Assembly: GCA_965644295.1 (NCBI GenBank) | Contig: CBFFRP010000324.1 | Location: forward strand, 248,001 to 312,000 | Direction of reading: 5' to 3' | DNA: 64,000 nt | Source of the DNA: Paraphysomonas bandaiensis | Taxonomy: Eukaryota; Protista; Chrysophyceae | Shown here: in pieces, positions 39,620-51,235 of the stretch | Numbering within the stretch: position 1 is the stretch's first letter | Layout: each line of letters begins with the position of its first letter | The notes under the pieces: model-generated | Seen by the model: the letters and a program-made list of their open reading frames with translations, nothing else | The model's database searches: none | Told to the model about the DNA's origin: nothing | Position numbers and translations under genes: made by a program

Positions 39620-40781
39620 TGAGATGCCGCCCAAAGCATCTTCACAACTTCTGTAAGGTAATTATCCCTTCACCACTTTGGCATACCAAGCAGTGGTAGA
39701 CCATAACCGCAGAATAATGTTCATATCTTTCCTCTACGATGGACGCGAGTGCGACTAGACAATTACAGTCGAAGACGAATTCACGTATGACGTGATGATG
39801 GGAAAGCTGAAGGAAGCGGAGTTCGACTTATACAATGAGAACGGTGACCTCATGAGATGCAAAGGAGGGTACTTCATAGTAGACGGAGGTTACCAGAAAT
39901 ACCCATGTTTTGTGGATCCAATGCACAGTCCTACTGGACATCACGAAGTACATTGGTCGGAGTTTTTGGAGTCAGTAAGGAAGGACGTTGAATGTACCTT
40001 TGGGATCTTGAAAGCAAGATTTCGGTATTTGCGAAATGGACTGAAATGGAAAAGTGTAAAATATACGGGGTGGTCTCCTCGTACCCTCCGAATTAACATT
40101 AGATTGATCGGCCCTGAGATTGTGGCGCCCTTGCAACGCCATTTACCTGTATGCACAGATGGAAACTGTATGGATGTGCTGGTTGCCGATTACACGCTTA
40201 CTGTGCCAGGGCAATATAATCTCAATAAAGAATTGATCTTTATAATAGTAAAACAGTGTTGTGATTATAAGAGTGTAAGTAATGAGCACGATAGAGTGAA
40301 AATTATGAATAACAATATAGAACGTAGCTATCATGCACAACGGAATAGTTAGAAGTGTAACTGATAATGACGACGTTATGATGACGATCACGTATCTTCG
40401 ACAGATATTTCATTGAACATTATAACTCACAGATACAATCATGTATTAAGCTGCATCCTAATAATCTCGAGGCTAGGATGATGTGGTTCTATCCCAATGC
40501 GCTTTTCAACTGGACCCCTGCAGAAGTAAAGAAGGGAATCAATAGCTGGTATGCGTTGATACTGAGTTGATACTTCCACGATCGAAGGCATGCAGTTCAA
40601 TCCCTGGAGTAGAAGAGACTACGATAGGACCAGAAAAGCATTGGTCACGCACTTCAGGTTTCAGTGGCAATATGGCCAGCTTGATTGGCCAAAAAGATTT
40701 GGAGGAAAGGCTAAAGAGCTCCATCCAATGAACCGTATACAAAATGCAGTGTTGGATAGAATGTACCCAAGCGTAACATGA
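39620..40781 (+). pseudogene. Harbinger-type DDE transposase remnant
   Basis: TLAYQAVVDHNRRIM...D*TI...YFIVDGGY...FLESVRKDVECTFGILKARFRYL, with an in-frame stop and no N-terminus. A probable C-terminal piece (RKALVTHF...WP) lies at 40590-40781 after an unrelated-looking segment. Confidence 0.85.
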
Positions 40782-40839
40782 GTGTGCATAGAAGAAGAAT
40801 GTGCAATTAGATTTTCTATGAACTAATAATTCCATATAT

Positions 40840-41530
40840 TAATTACTTTCACTTCCAAGTTCGATAATCTCAGCTTTTCATATACAAGTTTGATAAGTCC
40901 TCATACAAATATATACTTTTATGGTTTCAAGTTCTCGTTTACTTTTATGGTGCGGGCGATTTTTCGGCACTCTTCGCTATCACCATCATAATCATCCTCA
41001 GTAGTCAGGCCTTTATGTGTAATAACTACGTTTGTAGTTATGGATTCCTTGGATGTAGGAGTAGGCTTCGAACTTTAAGTAGACGGAGTATGGAAGGCGT
41101 CGTCTACGGCGTGCCGGGCTTTCTTATTGAAGCTTTGTCGTAAATCCTTCACATTATCAATTGATAATCCTTTTCGCTTCTTTCCTTGGGTTAAGGAATA
41201 AGAGTTCAAAGCTCTATATTCTACTGGTTTCCCAAGAAGAATAAAAGTGGAGTTGCTTCCTCGGTCACAGTGTTCCCGGCTATTCCACTGACCAGACAGA
41301 ACAGTTGCTGTATAAACAAACACTACTTATTCCAACTGTACAAATAATATGATATGTACCTTGGCCAAACCACCCTTGGTATTCCCTTTCAGCTGCTTTA
41401 TCAATTCCTCCACTGCTGGGTAGTCCTTATCGACCTTCAAAATGTCAAGATGAAGGACCTGCTCCTCCTCTTTGTTGTCTAATTCTTTCTCCTCCTCGGA
41501 ATGTTCCGGTTCACGATCACTGGTACTCAT
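40840..41530 (-). pseudogene. Probable second (DNA-binding partner) ORF of the Harbinger element, degraded
   Basis: Convergent ORF fragments 41327-41530 and 41075-41323 inside the TIRs, in the position expected for the Harbinger accessory gene. No clear Myb/SANT motif was recognised. Confidence 0.45.
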
Positions 41531-42238
41531 ATTTCTTAATTATAGTGATATATAAGGTACTTTAAAGTGCATATATTGTGTGTATATTTCAGTAAAGAAA
41601 TTCAGTATTCAGTGCTCCGACCTCTCACTGAAAAAGCATTTTCAGGTGGATTTTTATTCAGTGATCGACACTGAATACTGAATTTTATCGCTATATTCAG
41701 TGTTCAGAATTCAGTTTTGCTTAATAAGCCACCAAAAAAGCCATTTTTGACCACTGAATTTTCAGAATTCAGTATTCAGAAATTCAGTTTTCCTAAATAA
41801 GACCCACCCTAAGAATACATGAAATACCGGAATACGGTATGGTGATAGAATATCACTCCCGTATACGGCGGTACTGTTGCTTGTTGATGAGTCAAAATAC
41901 AGTCTGTATATGGTATACGGCACTGACACCGTCATCGTCATCATTTAACTTCACGGAATCGCGATATATTGCGAGTGTATATCCGGGTGGGTATCAGTGG
42001 ACCGAAGTCACCAACACACGGATGTCCAAGTGAAAATAAAGTACGTACGTCGAGATCTCCACATCGTTTCACTTGAATCTCTATGAGATTCCCTCCAACA
42101 CTCTCCCACCACACTGCTATCTACTGACGATATACATATACCTGTATGTATGTTGACACAAGACAACATCACTCACCTCTCTATATAACTATTAATTCTA
42201 ACATGGTCCTCGTAACATTCGCCTAAGTATTCAATCAT

Positions 42239-43543
42239 ATGGAGCAATACAAGGTATCTAAACCTCGATCAAGCGACAAACAATTCGCCACAGCAGCGAA
42301 ACGATTAGAAAAACTTAAATATGAAGGTAATTCCGCTTACTATCATGGTGATGAAACGGAGAAAGTGTTTGAACACACTTATGTTATCGCACGGTACTGT
42401 GGGATTGCTTTGTGTATGTACTTTATTGTGGGGATCGGTTACTTAAGATTCATTGACAATTCAATGGCGACAAATATCTTTGATACTTTTTACTTTTGTG
42501 TTATCACTTTAACTACAATCGGATATGGAGATGTACATCCCACAAATAATTCTACGAAACTTTTCGTATCTGCGTATGTTTTTCTCGGTCTTATGATATT
42601 AAGCAGCGCTATCACTGGTATAGTCAGATACTGGCGCCAGGAGCATATGAATATTAAGAAAAGGCTTACGTTGCAACAAATAGATAGAGAGGAGAGGTCC
42701 TTACGCGAGGCACTTGATATACCTTATGAGAATGAGGACTCAAAAAGAGAAGCTGTAGGGGAACAAGACAGTATTGTAATGGGGATTGTGACTGCTCCTC
42801 TTTTGGGTAATGTGGCGGCGGTGGATGCCTTGCGGCAGTTTCTGAAAGTTAGGTTAAGTGTTCCAGCTTATGCGGTGCCCATTATTCTCAAAATGCTAGG
42901 GGGATTTGCACTCATTCTAGCTAATGTTACCTTTGGTACGCTTTTTTATTCTGTTGTGGTGGACAATCACACTGTTGTGGATGCTATTTACCTCACTGCC
43001 ATGACAATCACCACTGTTGGTTATGGGGATGTCGTTCCTTCTAGCACGAGTTCCCAGGCATTCACCGTAGTTTACGCTTTGGTTGGAACCTTGGTAACGG
43101 GTAAGGCTCTCCAGACGTTTCACAATGCTATTGATGACTATCATCGGGCACACCGAAGTGAAGTCATCCTAAAGTCACAATTTGACCTTAATATCCTGTT
43201 TGACATGGATACGGATGGGGACGAACAGGTTTCTAAAGCTGAGTTCATTGTATATAAATTGATGCACATGAATCTTGTTGAACCGAAGGTTATTGCGAGC
43301 ATTGAGCGACAGTTTCATGTCCTGGATGTAGATAATAACAACGCCCTAACTGTGAATGACATCGTCATGATGAGTAGTAAAGTTTATATACAGCCGAGGG
43401 TTACGGACGCTATGGGGGATCGTAAGACCGGTGTGTGGACAACATCCATTGCCCCTGTAAGAACAAAACAAAACCTCACTCAAGTAGCACCCACAGTTGA
43501 TGAAGAGTCTGAGGTAAATGACACTGCTGAGGTTTCTGTTTAA
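42239..43543 (+). CDS. Two-pore (4TM/2P) potassium channel with C-terminal EF-hands, TPK/KCO-like
   Basis: Pore loops TLTTIGYGD and TITTVGYGD, four TM helices, EF-hands DTDGDEQVSKAE and DVDNNNALTVND; intronless. Confidence 0.93.
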   Translation: MEQYKVSKPRSSDKQFATAAKRLEKLKYEGNSAYYHGDETEKVFEHTYVIARYCGIALCMYFIVGIGYLRFIDNSMATNIFDTFYFCVITLTTIGYGDVHPTNNSTKLFVSAYVFLGLMILSSAITGIVRYWRQEHMNIKKRLTLQQIDREERSLREALDIPYENEDSKREAVGEQDSIVMGIVTAPLLGNVAAVDALRQFLKVRLSVPAYAVPIILKMLGGFALILANVTFGTLFYSVVVDNHTVVDAIYLTAMTITTVGYGDVVPSSTSSQAFTVVYALVGTLVTGKALQTFHNAIDDYHRAHRSEVILKSQFDLNILFDMDTDGDEQVSKAEFIVYKLMHMNLVEPKVIASIERQFHVLDVDNNNALTVNDIVMMSSKVYIQPRVTDAMGDRKTGVWTTSIAPVRTKQNLTQVAPTVDEESEVNDTAEVSV

Positions 43544-44740
43544 TCTATAGTTGCAATTGGTCCTAAAATGTGTATTTGACTAAAATATTATTGGCGTCCT
43601 ACATATCTACCCATTGAATAGTCTTCCCGTGTGTTTGCATACATTCTTTGTTTTTGTTTTCGTTATAATTTGTTGAATGAAATGCATACATGATCACTAA
43701 AAAGTTGGTATCATTACATTTTATTTTTGCGTGTCGGCTCTCGTGTCAATTTGATTGGGAGTGATGCATATATATTAGGTTCACACAGCATAATTTGTTA
43801 TTGAAACAGAATGTGTCGTTGTTAATCTGGCACGACATGAAGTTCGTTGAAACTCTTCGCTTTGTCTACACTACACACATATGCTCCCTACATATATCTT
43901 ATTTTGATCGTGTGGTCGGCCTTTTCATATACGAATACATACTTTGTCTGTTCACGTAACAATCGATTCTAACCATCTTCTATCAAAGAATACATCGTCG
44001 ATATGCATAACGCTGGTGGGCGTAGCATATAAGCCATATAGTTATATGGCTATATAGTTCCACGCTGAAAATTTGGACAAGGGTGGATACCCCATATCTT
44101 CTTACTCCTTATCACCCATGGTTAAATTATAGCTTATCCTCATGATGTTGAAAACCTAGCTAGTATCTCTATTTTAAAGCAATTTGTGGCTTGTTGCATG
44201 TTTGCTGTAAGGGGAAGTGTTGAGCAATTTAAAGCTGTACTTTTAAGGTATTGGAATTATGATCGTTAGTCGAATAATACAGTAGTGGTTAACAGTACTA
44301 TGAAAACTAACAACATGATAGATACTGTAGTAATGAAACTGAATATATTATATATATATTGATCATACAAGATAGAAGATAGTGACGATGTAAGATCGTA
44401 CTAAAAATGATTGGTCGTAGAGGTAACATGAAATTGATGAATGCGAAGAGATATGATTATAATAATTTTGACAACACAATCAGTGAATACACGTCCAGTT
44501 AACTTAGTAAATCATCCAATTGTGTCATAACTTGACAAATAGGTGTTCCCTAATTAACATTAACAACACAAATGAAAACTCATATTGTCTCAAATCAATG
44601 GTATGTATACTGTATAACTAGGGAATAGCAATTACACCAGATCAACTCAAAACAAAAAACATCAAGTTTTATAATGGCTACAACAAATTCATTTTTACCA
44701 CAGAATGTAGAAAATGTAGTAGTGGATGCCCTATTATCCT

Positions 44741-45210
44741 ATTATTAGCAATAGGCGTTTAAGATCCAGTTCTTATCTCTGATATATCCTAATATTTAAC
44801 GCTACGAAGGCTGCTTGTGCAGCACCGCAACATCAAGTGCAACCACTTTCGCTCTATTAATCAAAGCAAACGCAGTGAGCAAGCAGAATGTTGAAATACC
44901 TGACATCTGCTGACTTCAGGTTTTTTGAGTCCGTAAGAGGTGAACGGCCCAGATACTTGACTTCAGGCAGCCCAAGACCCCAGATGCCCTTGATGAGGTG
45001 GGCCCAGTCCCGGATGCTATTGATTCGTCAGTGCCAAAGACGTCTACACAAGTGGTACTTTTATTTGTACCCCTTCAATTGTAACACACAAACACTTGGC
45101 TATGAGTGAAAATAATCTGCTGACTATATATGTGGCTCATATTAGTTTCCCGGAGAAATATCTCCGCTACTTATTTCTCAAAACACCACGAAAAGATGCG
45201 AGCTCGACAA
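44741..45210 (-). repeat. Older, more diverged inverted copy of the solo-LTR-like family
   Basis: ATTAGCAATAGGCGTT...TTTAACGCTACGAAGGCTGCTTGTGC...GACGTCTACACAAGTG...AACACCACGAAAAG.TGCGAG aligns with 45335-45800. Confidence 0.85.
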
Positions 45211-45320
45211 TGCCCTTGCAGAATGTAGATATGATAAATTAAGATTTTTTATTTGTTTTCATATTTCAAAATGTATATCACAAAGCAAGTTACAAATAGC
45301 TATACAGTATAGATATTATA

Positions 45321-45810
45321 TATTGAAAGTCTTGTTATTAGCAATAGGCGTTAAAAACCTGCACCAACTTAGCAGCTAGATGAATGCTAGACAAACTAGT
45401 TAGACCTCTACCTGTAACTAATCAGTACACACTTTTTTTATCCTACTATTTAACGCTACGGAAGCTGCTTGTGCGTCGCCGCAAGCACCAAGGTGCAAAA
45501 ACTTCCGCTCTGAGTGCTTAAGGTGAACATCCCAGATGCTTGACTTCAGCTGGCAGCCCAATACCCTGGTTACCCTTCAGGTGGGCCCTGTCCCGGATGC
45601 CTGTTTATTTGTCAGGGCCTAAAGACGTCTACACAAGTGACACTTATTGGTGCCCCTTGTACCACACAAGCATTCGGCTATGAGTGGGCAGAAGAATATC
45701 TGCTGACTATATATATTATGCGGCTCACGTTAGTTTCCCATAGAGAATCTCTCCGGTACTTATCCCCCAGAACACCACGAAAAGGTGCGAGTCCGACTTT
45801 GTTGAGGGCA
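45321..45810 (-). repeat. Full inverted copy of the solo-LTR-like family
   Basis: Reverse complement of 26665-27155 (TATTGAAAGTCTTGTTATTAGC...GTCCGACTTTGTTGAGGG). Confidence 0.92.
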
Positions 45811-46996
45811 GTATAGATATTAGGTTTTCAACAGAAACTCTTCCCTTGCCTAAATTTTAAAACTTGGGCTCGTATCCCTCCTTATTACGCGTGGCCCGTG
45901 GTTAAATATGACTATACCCCCATTTGGTCCAAACGTTTGTTTCGCATGGATTGGATTCAATAGTTTGCTTATATTACCTCCGGGAAAGTATACACTTACA
46001 AATTCAATACTCGGGTCGAGCAGACACTAATTCTATATCTTAACTATAATATTGGCAGTCATTCTAAAGTGACTTCATCAAACACTCCAAGTTATAAAGA
46101 CTTCAAAACAATGCTTTGAATGTTTACTTGTTTTTTATTGTTATTTAGGGAACACATGTTTCATTTAACAGCACACAAGCTATACATTCAAGTAACAGCA
46201 CACATGTTATTTAATAGCTATACATTCAAGATATATGAGGCTTTTTAGCATTATGAGGATAAGGTACAATTTACCCTTGGAGTAAGGAATATCATCCATT
46301 GTCCAACTGTTCTAGAATCCTTGTAACCCGTTGTTAAATATAACTAAAGTGAAGTGCACTCAAAAGTAGAGTCATGTATTAAATGTTAAGTGTTAAGTAT
46401 ATATTAAATGACAAATCATATTGTGACTATACTAAATACTTCTAAATACGATGTTGTGAGGGGTGTTGGTGGTATGGCTCGATAGAACACGTAGTTCAAA
46501 AAAACTTGGTTAAATATAAATAAATCAAATTACTTTTTTGAGTATCAACGTTGGCATCTCCTTGATAGAATAAGCTCAGACAATACAACATTACTGTTAG
46601 AAATCCGTCAAAGTGACTAGTCTAATCTACATGAAGCAGAGTGATTCACCGGAATGTTAACTATGCCAATGAAGTCAACTCAGTATAAAAAACTTTCAGA
46701 GCTATACCAACAGACTACTAGGGTCCCTGTCTTCAACTGATAGCAGACACCAAACTAAACATTACACCCTATCTCTCGATCTTCCCCAAGAGATATGGTA
46801 CACACTCTCCTCGTCCTAGACGAACACATATGTAGTGTGGAAAAGCTGAGTTGTAGCACTGCATGACATGCATGCTAAACAGTTTACTGCATAACTTCAG
46901 GAGAATTCAGTCCCCCAAAACATTGCGGCATATAGAATGTTTCATATTACAATTTTCGAACATGGCCATGTTGCTATTGATACGGTCTGTGTGTAC

Positions 46997-47100
46997 TCCT
47001 GTGTACCTATGCACTCCTATCTGTGTGTACCTATGCACTCCTATCTGTGTGTACCTATGCACTCCTATCTGTGTGTACCTATGCACTCCTATCTGTGTGT
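46997..47100. repeat. 24-bp minisatellite (CTGTGTGTACCTATGCACTCCTAT), about 4.3 copies
   Basis: Identical units at 47021, 47045 and 47069, with partial units on both sides. Confidence 0.97.
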
Positions 47101-47404
47101 TGTTGCCCTGTACATGCACATAGTATATATGTATGTGTATGGACTACTGTATGTACAGTATACCGTACATAATTTTCGAATTCGCACAGAGCACTGAAGT
47201 TCCAGAAACTGAAAATATTACAGTATGGAGCTTCCGGAACACCATCAGATGATGTGAAGTGGCCTTCTTTTGGACCATTTAGCAGCATCAGCGCAACGAA
47301 TATCTTGCAGCCATAAGCAGCTGATGTTGACAACATCAAGACGAGAATGTTGCGGTATTTGTATATCACATCTCGGCTACATTGCTGCCTATACAATCTC
47401 AACT

Positions 47405-48262
47405 ATGAGTGACGAGTATTACTACGATTCCGAGGATGCATTTAACTTCTACAAACATGTCTGGGGAGGCCACTTCATTCACGTTGGACTGTATCAAGAT
47501 CTGCCCAGGCAGCTGACAGGGACAGAACGAATATTCTCTGCAAGTTCTATGGCACTTGATCACCTCCTGTCGAAGCATGAGAAGCACTCTTCTCAGCCTC
47601 TTGATAACTCTTCTCGAATAATGGATATGGGAGCGGCGTTAGGAGGTGCTGCTCGTCACTGTGCTAAAAAGTATGGGTGCCGGGTGACTTGCATCGACCT
47701 TTCTGCTAAAGAGAACGCTGCTAACCGTCTAGAGTCTGCGCAGCAGGGATTGGGTGACCTAATCTATATTCCTGGTGAGAAAGACTTCTCCCACACAGGC
47801 GAGGAGTCCGGAACATATGACTTCATATTTTCCGAGGACTGCTTTCTACATGTTCCAGGCCCTGCCAGAGAGAGTGTTATGGCAGAAGCAGCACGGCTAC
47901 TGAAGCCTAATGGTCTGATGGTATTCTCAGATATTATGCAAATTGATAATGCGGATACTGAGAAACTAGCCCCCGTGTATCAGCGACTGAACCTTGTTGA
48001 TCTCGGTAGTCCTGGTCGGTACAAAGAGTGGGGAGCCAAACATGGCCTTTCTCTTCTGGAGTATGATGACCGTACATCTGACTTGTGTACTCACTATGGA
48101 ACTGTGAAGGATGTCTTGCTTGCTAAAATGCCTGAGTTGAGAGGACTTGTGTCCGAACGGTATATCCAGGACATGTTGAGAGGTTTGGATTCATGGGTAC
48201 AACACTCATCAGGGGAGAACGCCAATATTTGTTGGGGGTTCCAAGTGTTCCGCAAAGACTAA
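47405..48262 (+). CDS. SAM-dependent methyltransferase, sarcosine/dimethylglycine N-methyltransferase (SDMT)-like
   Basis: YYDSEDAFNFYKHVWGGHFIHVGLY, IMDMGAALGGAAR (SAM motif I), EAARLLKPNG, LAPVYQRLNLVDLGS, MLRGLDSWV...CWG; intronless. Confidence 0.85.
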   Translation: MSDEYYYDSEDAFNFYKHVWGGHFIHVGLYQDLPRQLTGTERIFSASSMALDHLLSKHEKHSSQPLDNSSRIMDMGAALGGAARHCAKKYGCRVTCIDLSAKENAANRLESAQQGLGDLIYIPGEKDFSHTGEESGTYDFIFSEDCFLHVPGPARESVMAEAARLLKPNGLMVFSDIMQIDNADTEKLAPVYQRLNLVDLGSPGRYKEWGAKHGLSLLEYDDRTSDLCTHYGTVKDVLLAKMPELRGLVSERYIQDMLRGLDSWVQHSSGENANICWGFQVFRKD

Positions 48263-48624
48263 AGAAATAAATTATTTTCTCGAAAGAAAAATCTACATTG
48301 ACACCTAAAAGTTACACGAAGTGAATTGTTTTTTATAACTATTGGCACCCCAAAGCTTCCGGTGGTGTTACGCTGATCTAAAATGCGTTGTCAAGCTAAA
48401 GTACAAGGGCTAAGCTGTTTTTCCATTGATTAGAGCTCGTCCAATTATACAACTTACACCACTGTGATGCTGTAAGTTAATAACGTTAAATCTTTCTTTT
48501 CCCTTTTAAAATTGTCACAAAATAAGCAACTCAATAGTCATTCTTTTTTATTTACCGTCAACAATTATTGAATATCAGTAATATTTTAGAGTATTATCCG
48601 TGACGCACATAACACATCAAATAA

Positions 48625-51040
48625 TCATAACGGTCTAATATTCACAACAATATTGAAGTGCCTTACAGCTGAAAACACCTCATCTTCCTTCAAATCTTCG
48701 AGCCAGAGTATATCACACAGTGGTGTCTTCCCATCAAGATAAGGTGAGAGTTTTTTTCTAATAACGCGCATATCACGGTCCGTTTGAATCATCATATCAT
48801 AGCTGTGCTCTCTCGTGTGGCCTCTCTTTTGAAATGCTGACCCAAAATTTCCACTCTGTCGGGGGACGGACCCAGTGTCATTGAGACTCATGTGCAGTTG
48901 ACCTCTAGAATTTCTCACACTCATAAGGAGAGAAACATCTACAAAAAAGTAGTGAAGCTCCCTAATCATATGCCATCTCAACAGCCATACAACGATATCG
49001 ACACCATGAGCTTGTAGATGACGCGGAAATCGTGTAATAGCATCGTGAAGGGGGACTTTACCAGTGAACGCCGAAAGAACAGAGTTAATATCCCCTCCTC
49101 CAAAACACGATGCGAATGAATGTGCTACGCGTCCACCAGCTGACCTGCGGGCGGGATCCGAAGTGGTCTCACATTGAAGTGGGGCATCAGGGTGTACCTG
49201 ATAGAGGGAGTGAGCCGTTATAGTACCAATAATTTCACCCAATCCCCATTCACAGAGGTGGTTCACGGCGGAGTACACCTGCCAGGAATATTGCCATTAG
49301 ATCAACACGAGAAAGGAGTAGACAACGTTTCTAACCTCGGCTAACGGCGTGTCGACAGCGTGTCTAATCTCTGCAAATGACTGAGTCGGGTTCATGGCCA
49401 GTAGAAGTCGCCACATCTTCGGCGAGCAGTGATGGCTGGGTGTCCTCAGTGCAGGTTTAGTGGTTGCTGTGGCACGAACTCCTTGTCCAGGTAAACACCT
49501 CGCAGCTGCTGCCCTGCTACGGAGAGAACCCTTTCCAGGAGCAGGTGCCGCATCTGAAGCAGCAGGGAGATCAGAGTCAGCAGGAGCGGCGTTGCGCGGA
49601 GAGTTTGTTTGTATATGTCCCCCTACTGGATTCACAATTGAACATCCCAGGGTCTGCATAACTGCTCCCAAAGCTTCTGGATCTGCTATGGGGAGAAACG
49701 TTTGAAACGGCATAGGACCAGATCCACGTGAGTGGAAACTAATTGGTTCGAGGGCAGTACCCGATGAGCGTCGGGAAGATACTGCTGGGGCGGACTGTGA
49801 GCGAATGACAGGCTCACTGGACGCCGCTAGTGAATCGATTCGTCGACTAACCTCAGAAATTTCTTTCAAAGGAGAAGTAGGAGACGGCGCAGTCAGTGGA
49901 GAAAGCAAAGGAATATTTATTGAAACTACCCCATTAACTGTCATGCTTACACAGTATCCACCTATACAACTCATTACAATGGATTACAAAGTAGGGAAGG
50001 AACACACCAACGAGACTATGATAGAGTGCTCGTAATTCATTTGCGAGGCTAGACTGCTGCAAAACGCACTCACACCGCGCCACGTCTCTATTAATCTGTG
50101 CCTCCTCCTGCGACACCAATGTACGCTCAACTAGCATCGGCGCCTGCTGAGTGGGGGACGGGGACGATAATGACCCGGTAGAGTTGGACTTAATGGCTGG
50201 CGCAGGTGTCGAATGCTTGTCCACCTCTTGTACACTATCTGCAGCCCCTGTGGAGGAATTAAGTGGGGCCGATACAACAGCAGCAGGATTTGAAGCCTCA
50301 GTTGTAGGATGGTTACTAAATGACGATCGAACATCCTCATTTATTTTGAATATGAGAGACACCTCCTTGCTGACATACCCTGCGCGTTTCTCTTGGTGAT
50401 GTAATGCCCGAGCAAAGCTCTCTACAACTCTAAATATTCAATATCAAATGAAAACACTAAATTGGGCGACATCCGTACCTATGAAGTACAGCAATACTAA
50501 GAGGGTTACGTCCATTTCCAAGGCCTAGGAGTTCAGCCACAGGATCTTCTCCCGGTTGACGCCTTCCAGTGGGTCTTGGTTTGGACTGTGCCTTTGCAAT
50601 AGCTCCCTCGCGAACAGTGGATATGATAACGCTGAACATGGTAATGTCGTCCGTTATATCCGGATCGTCCCCAGATAACAACTGAGGATCACGTTGACAG
50701 GGTATAGGTAAACTCACATATTGTAAGTCGTCAATAACAAGGTCCAAAACCTGGTAATGTATCAAATTAACTAAAAAATGAACAAGTCCTTACTTTATTA
50801 AACATGGAATGGTTAGGACGAAAGAGTCTCGCAAAGTTATCTGGACTACATGAGGTGATGTTATGTATGACTAGACATCGTATAGATTTCGTATCACCTC
50901 AATGCCAGATAATCCTTATGAAACTTCAAGAAATTTTCACCGTAATTAATAACAGAAGATGGAACCGCTTCAGGGTATCTAAATACAAGGCGCTGACCTT
51001 TTCTAATATCATCTACAACTAAAGCCACTCCAATAATCAT
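48625..51040 (-). CDS. NPRL3: GATOR1 complex subunit NPRL3/Npr3
   Basis: Spliced MIIGVALVVDDIRKGQRLVFRYP, FARLFRP...LDLVIDDLQYVSLP, FARALHHQEKRAGYVSKEV, SSLANELRALYHSL, AVNHLCEWG, IVVWLLRWHMIRELHYF, LSPYLDGKTPLCDILW; about 5 introns. Confidence 0.88.
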
Positions 51041-51235
51041 AATCAATTAAACAGAGATGTAATGGTTAGTGTGGATATATTTCATATGAAGTAACATCTA
51101 ACGAGACTTTAGTAATTGCATTAGATTGCTGATTAATCCAGTTATCTAGGCACTAAGTTGTTCCACAGTCCATCTCTGGTTAACTATATGCATGGTATGA
51201 TCTATAGATACACCACGGCATACATGTAATATACA

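Larger units (their letters stand above)
39389..41809. mobile_element. PIF/Harbinger DNA transposon, defective, both ends intact
   Basis: 58-bp TIRs GGGTGGGTCTTATTTAGGAA... with 2 mismatches, TAA target-site duplication at 39386-39388 and 41810-41812, many subterminal ACTGAA/TTCAGT motifs, and two convergent ORF remnants. Confidence 0.96.

Noticed and set aside
46863-47197. ORFs with repeated peptides, and a CRISPR-like look of the 24-bp repeats
   Set aside because: Head-to-tail minisatellite with no spacers and no cas genes, in eukaryotic DNA.
47270-47404. N-terminal extension of the methyltransferase ORF in the track
   Set aside because: Starts at a non-ATG codon; family similarity begins at ATG 47405.
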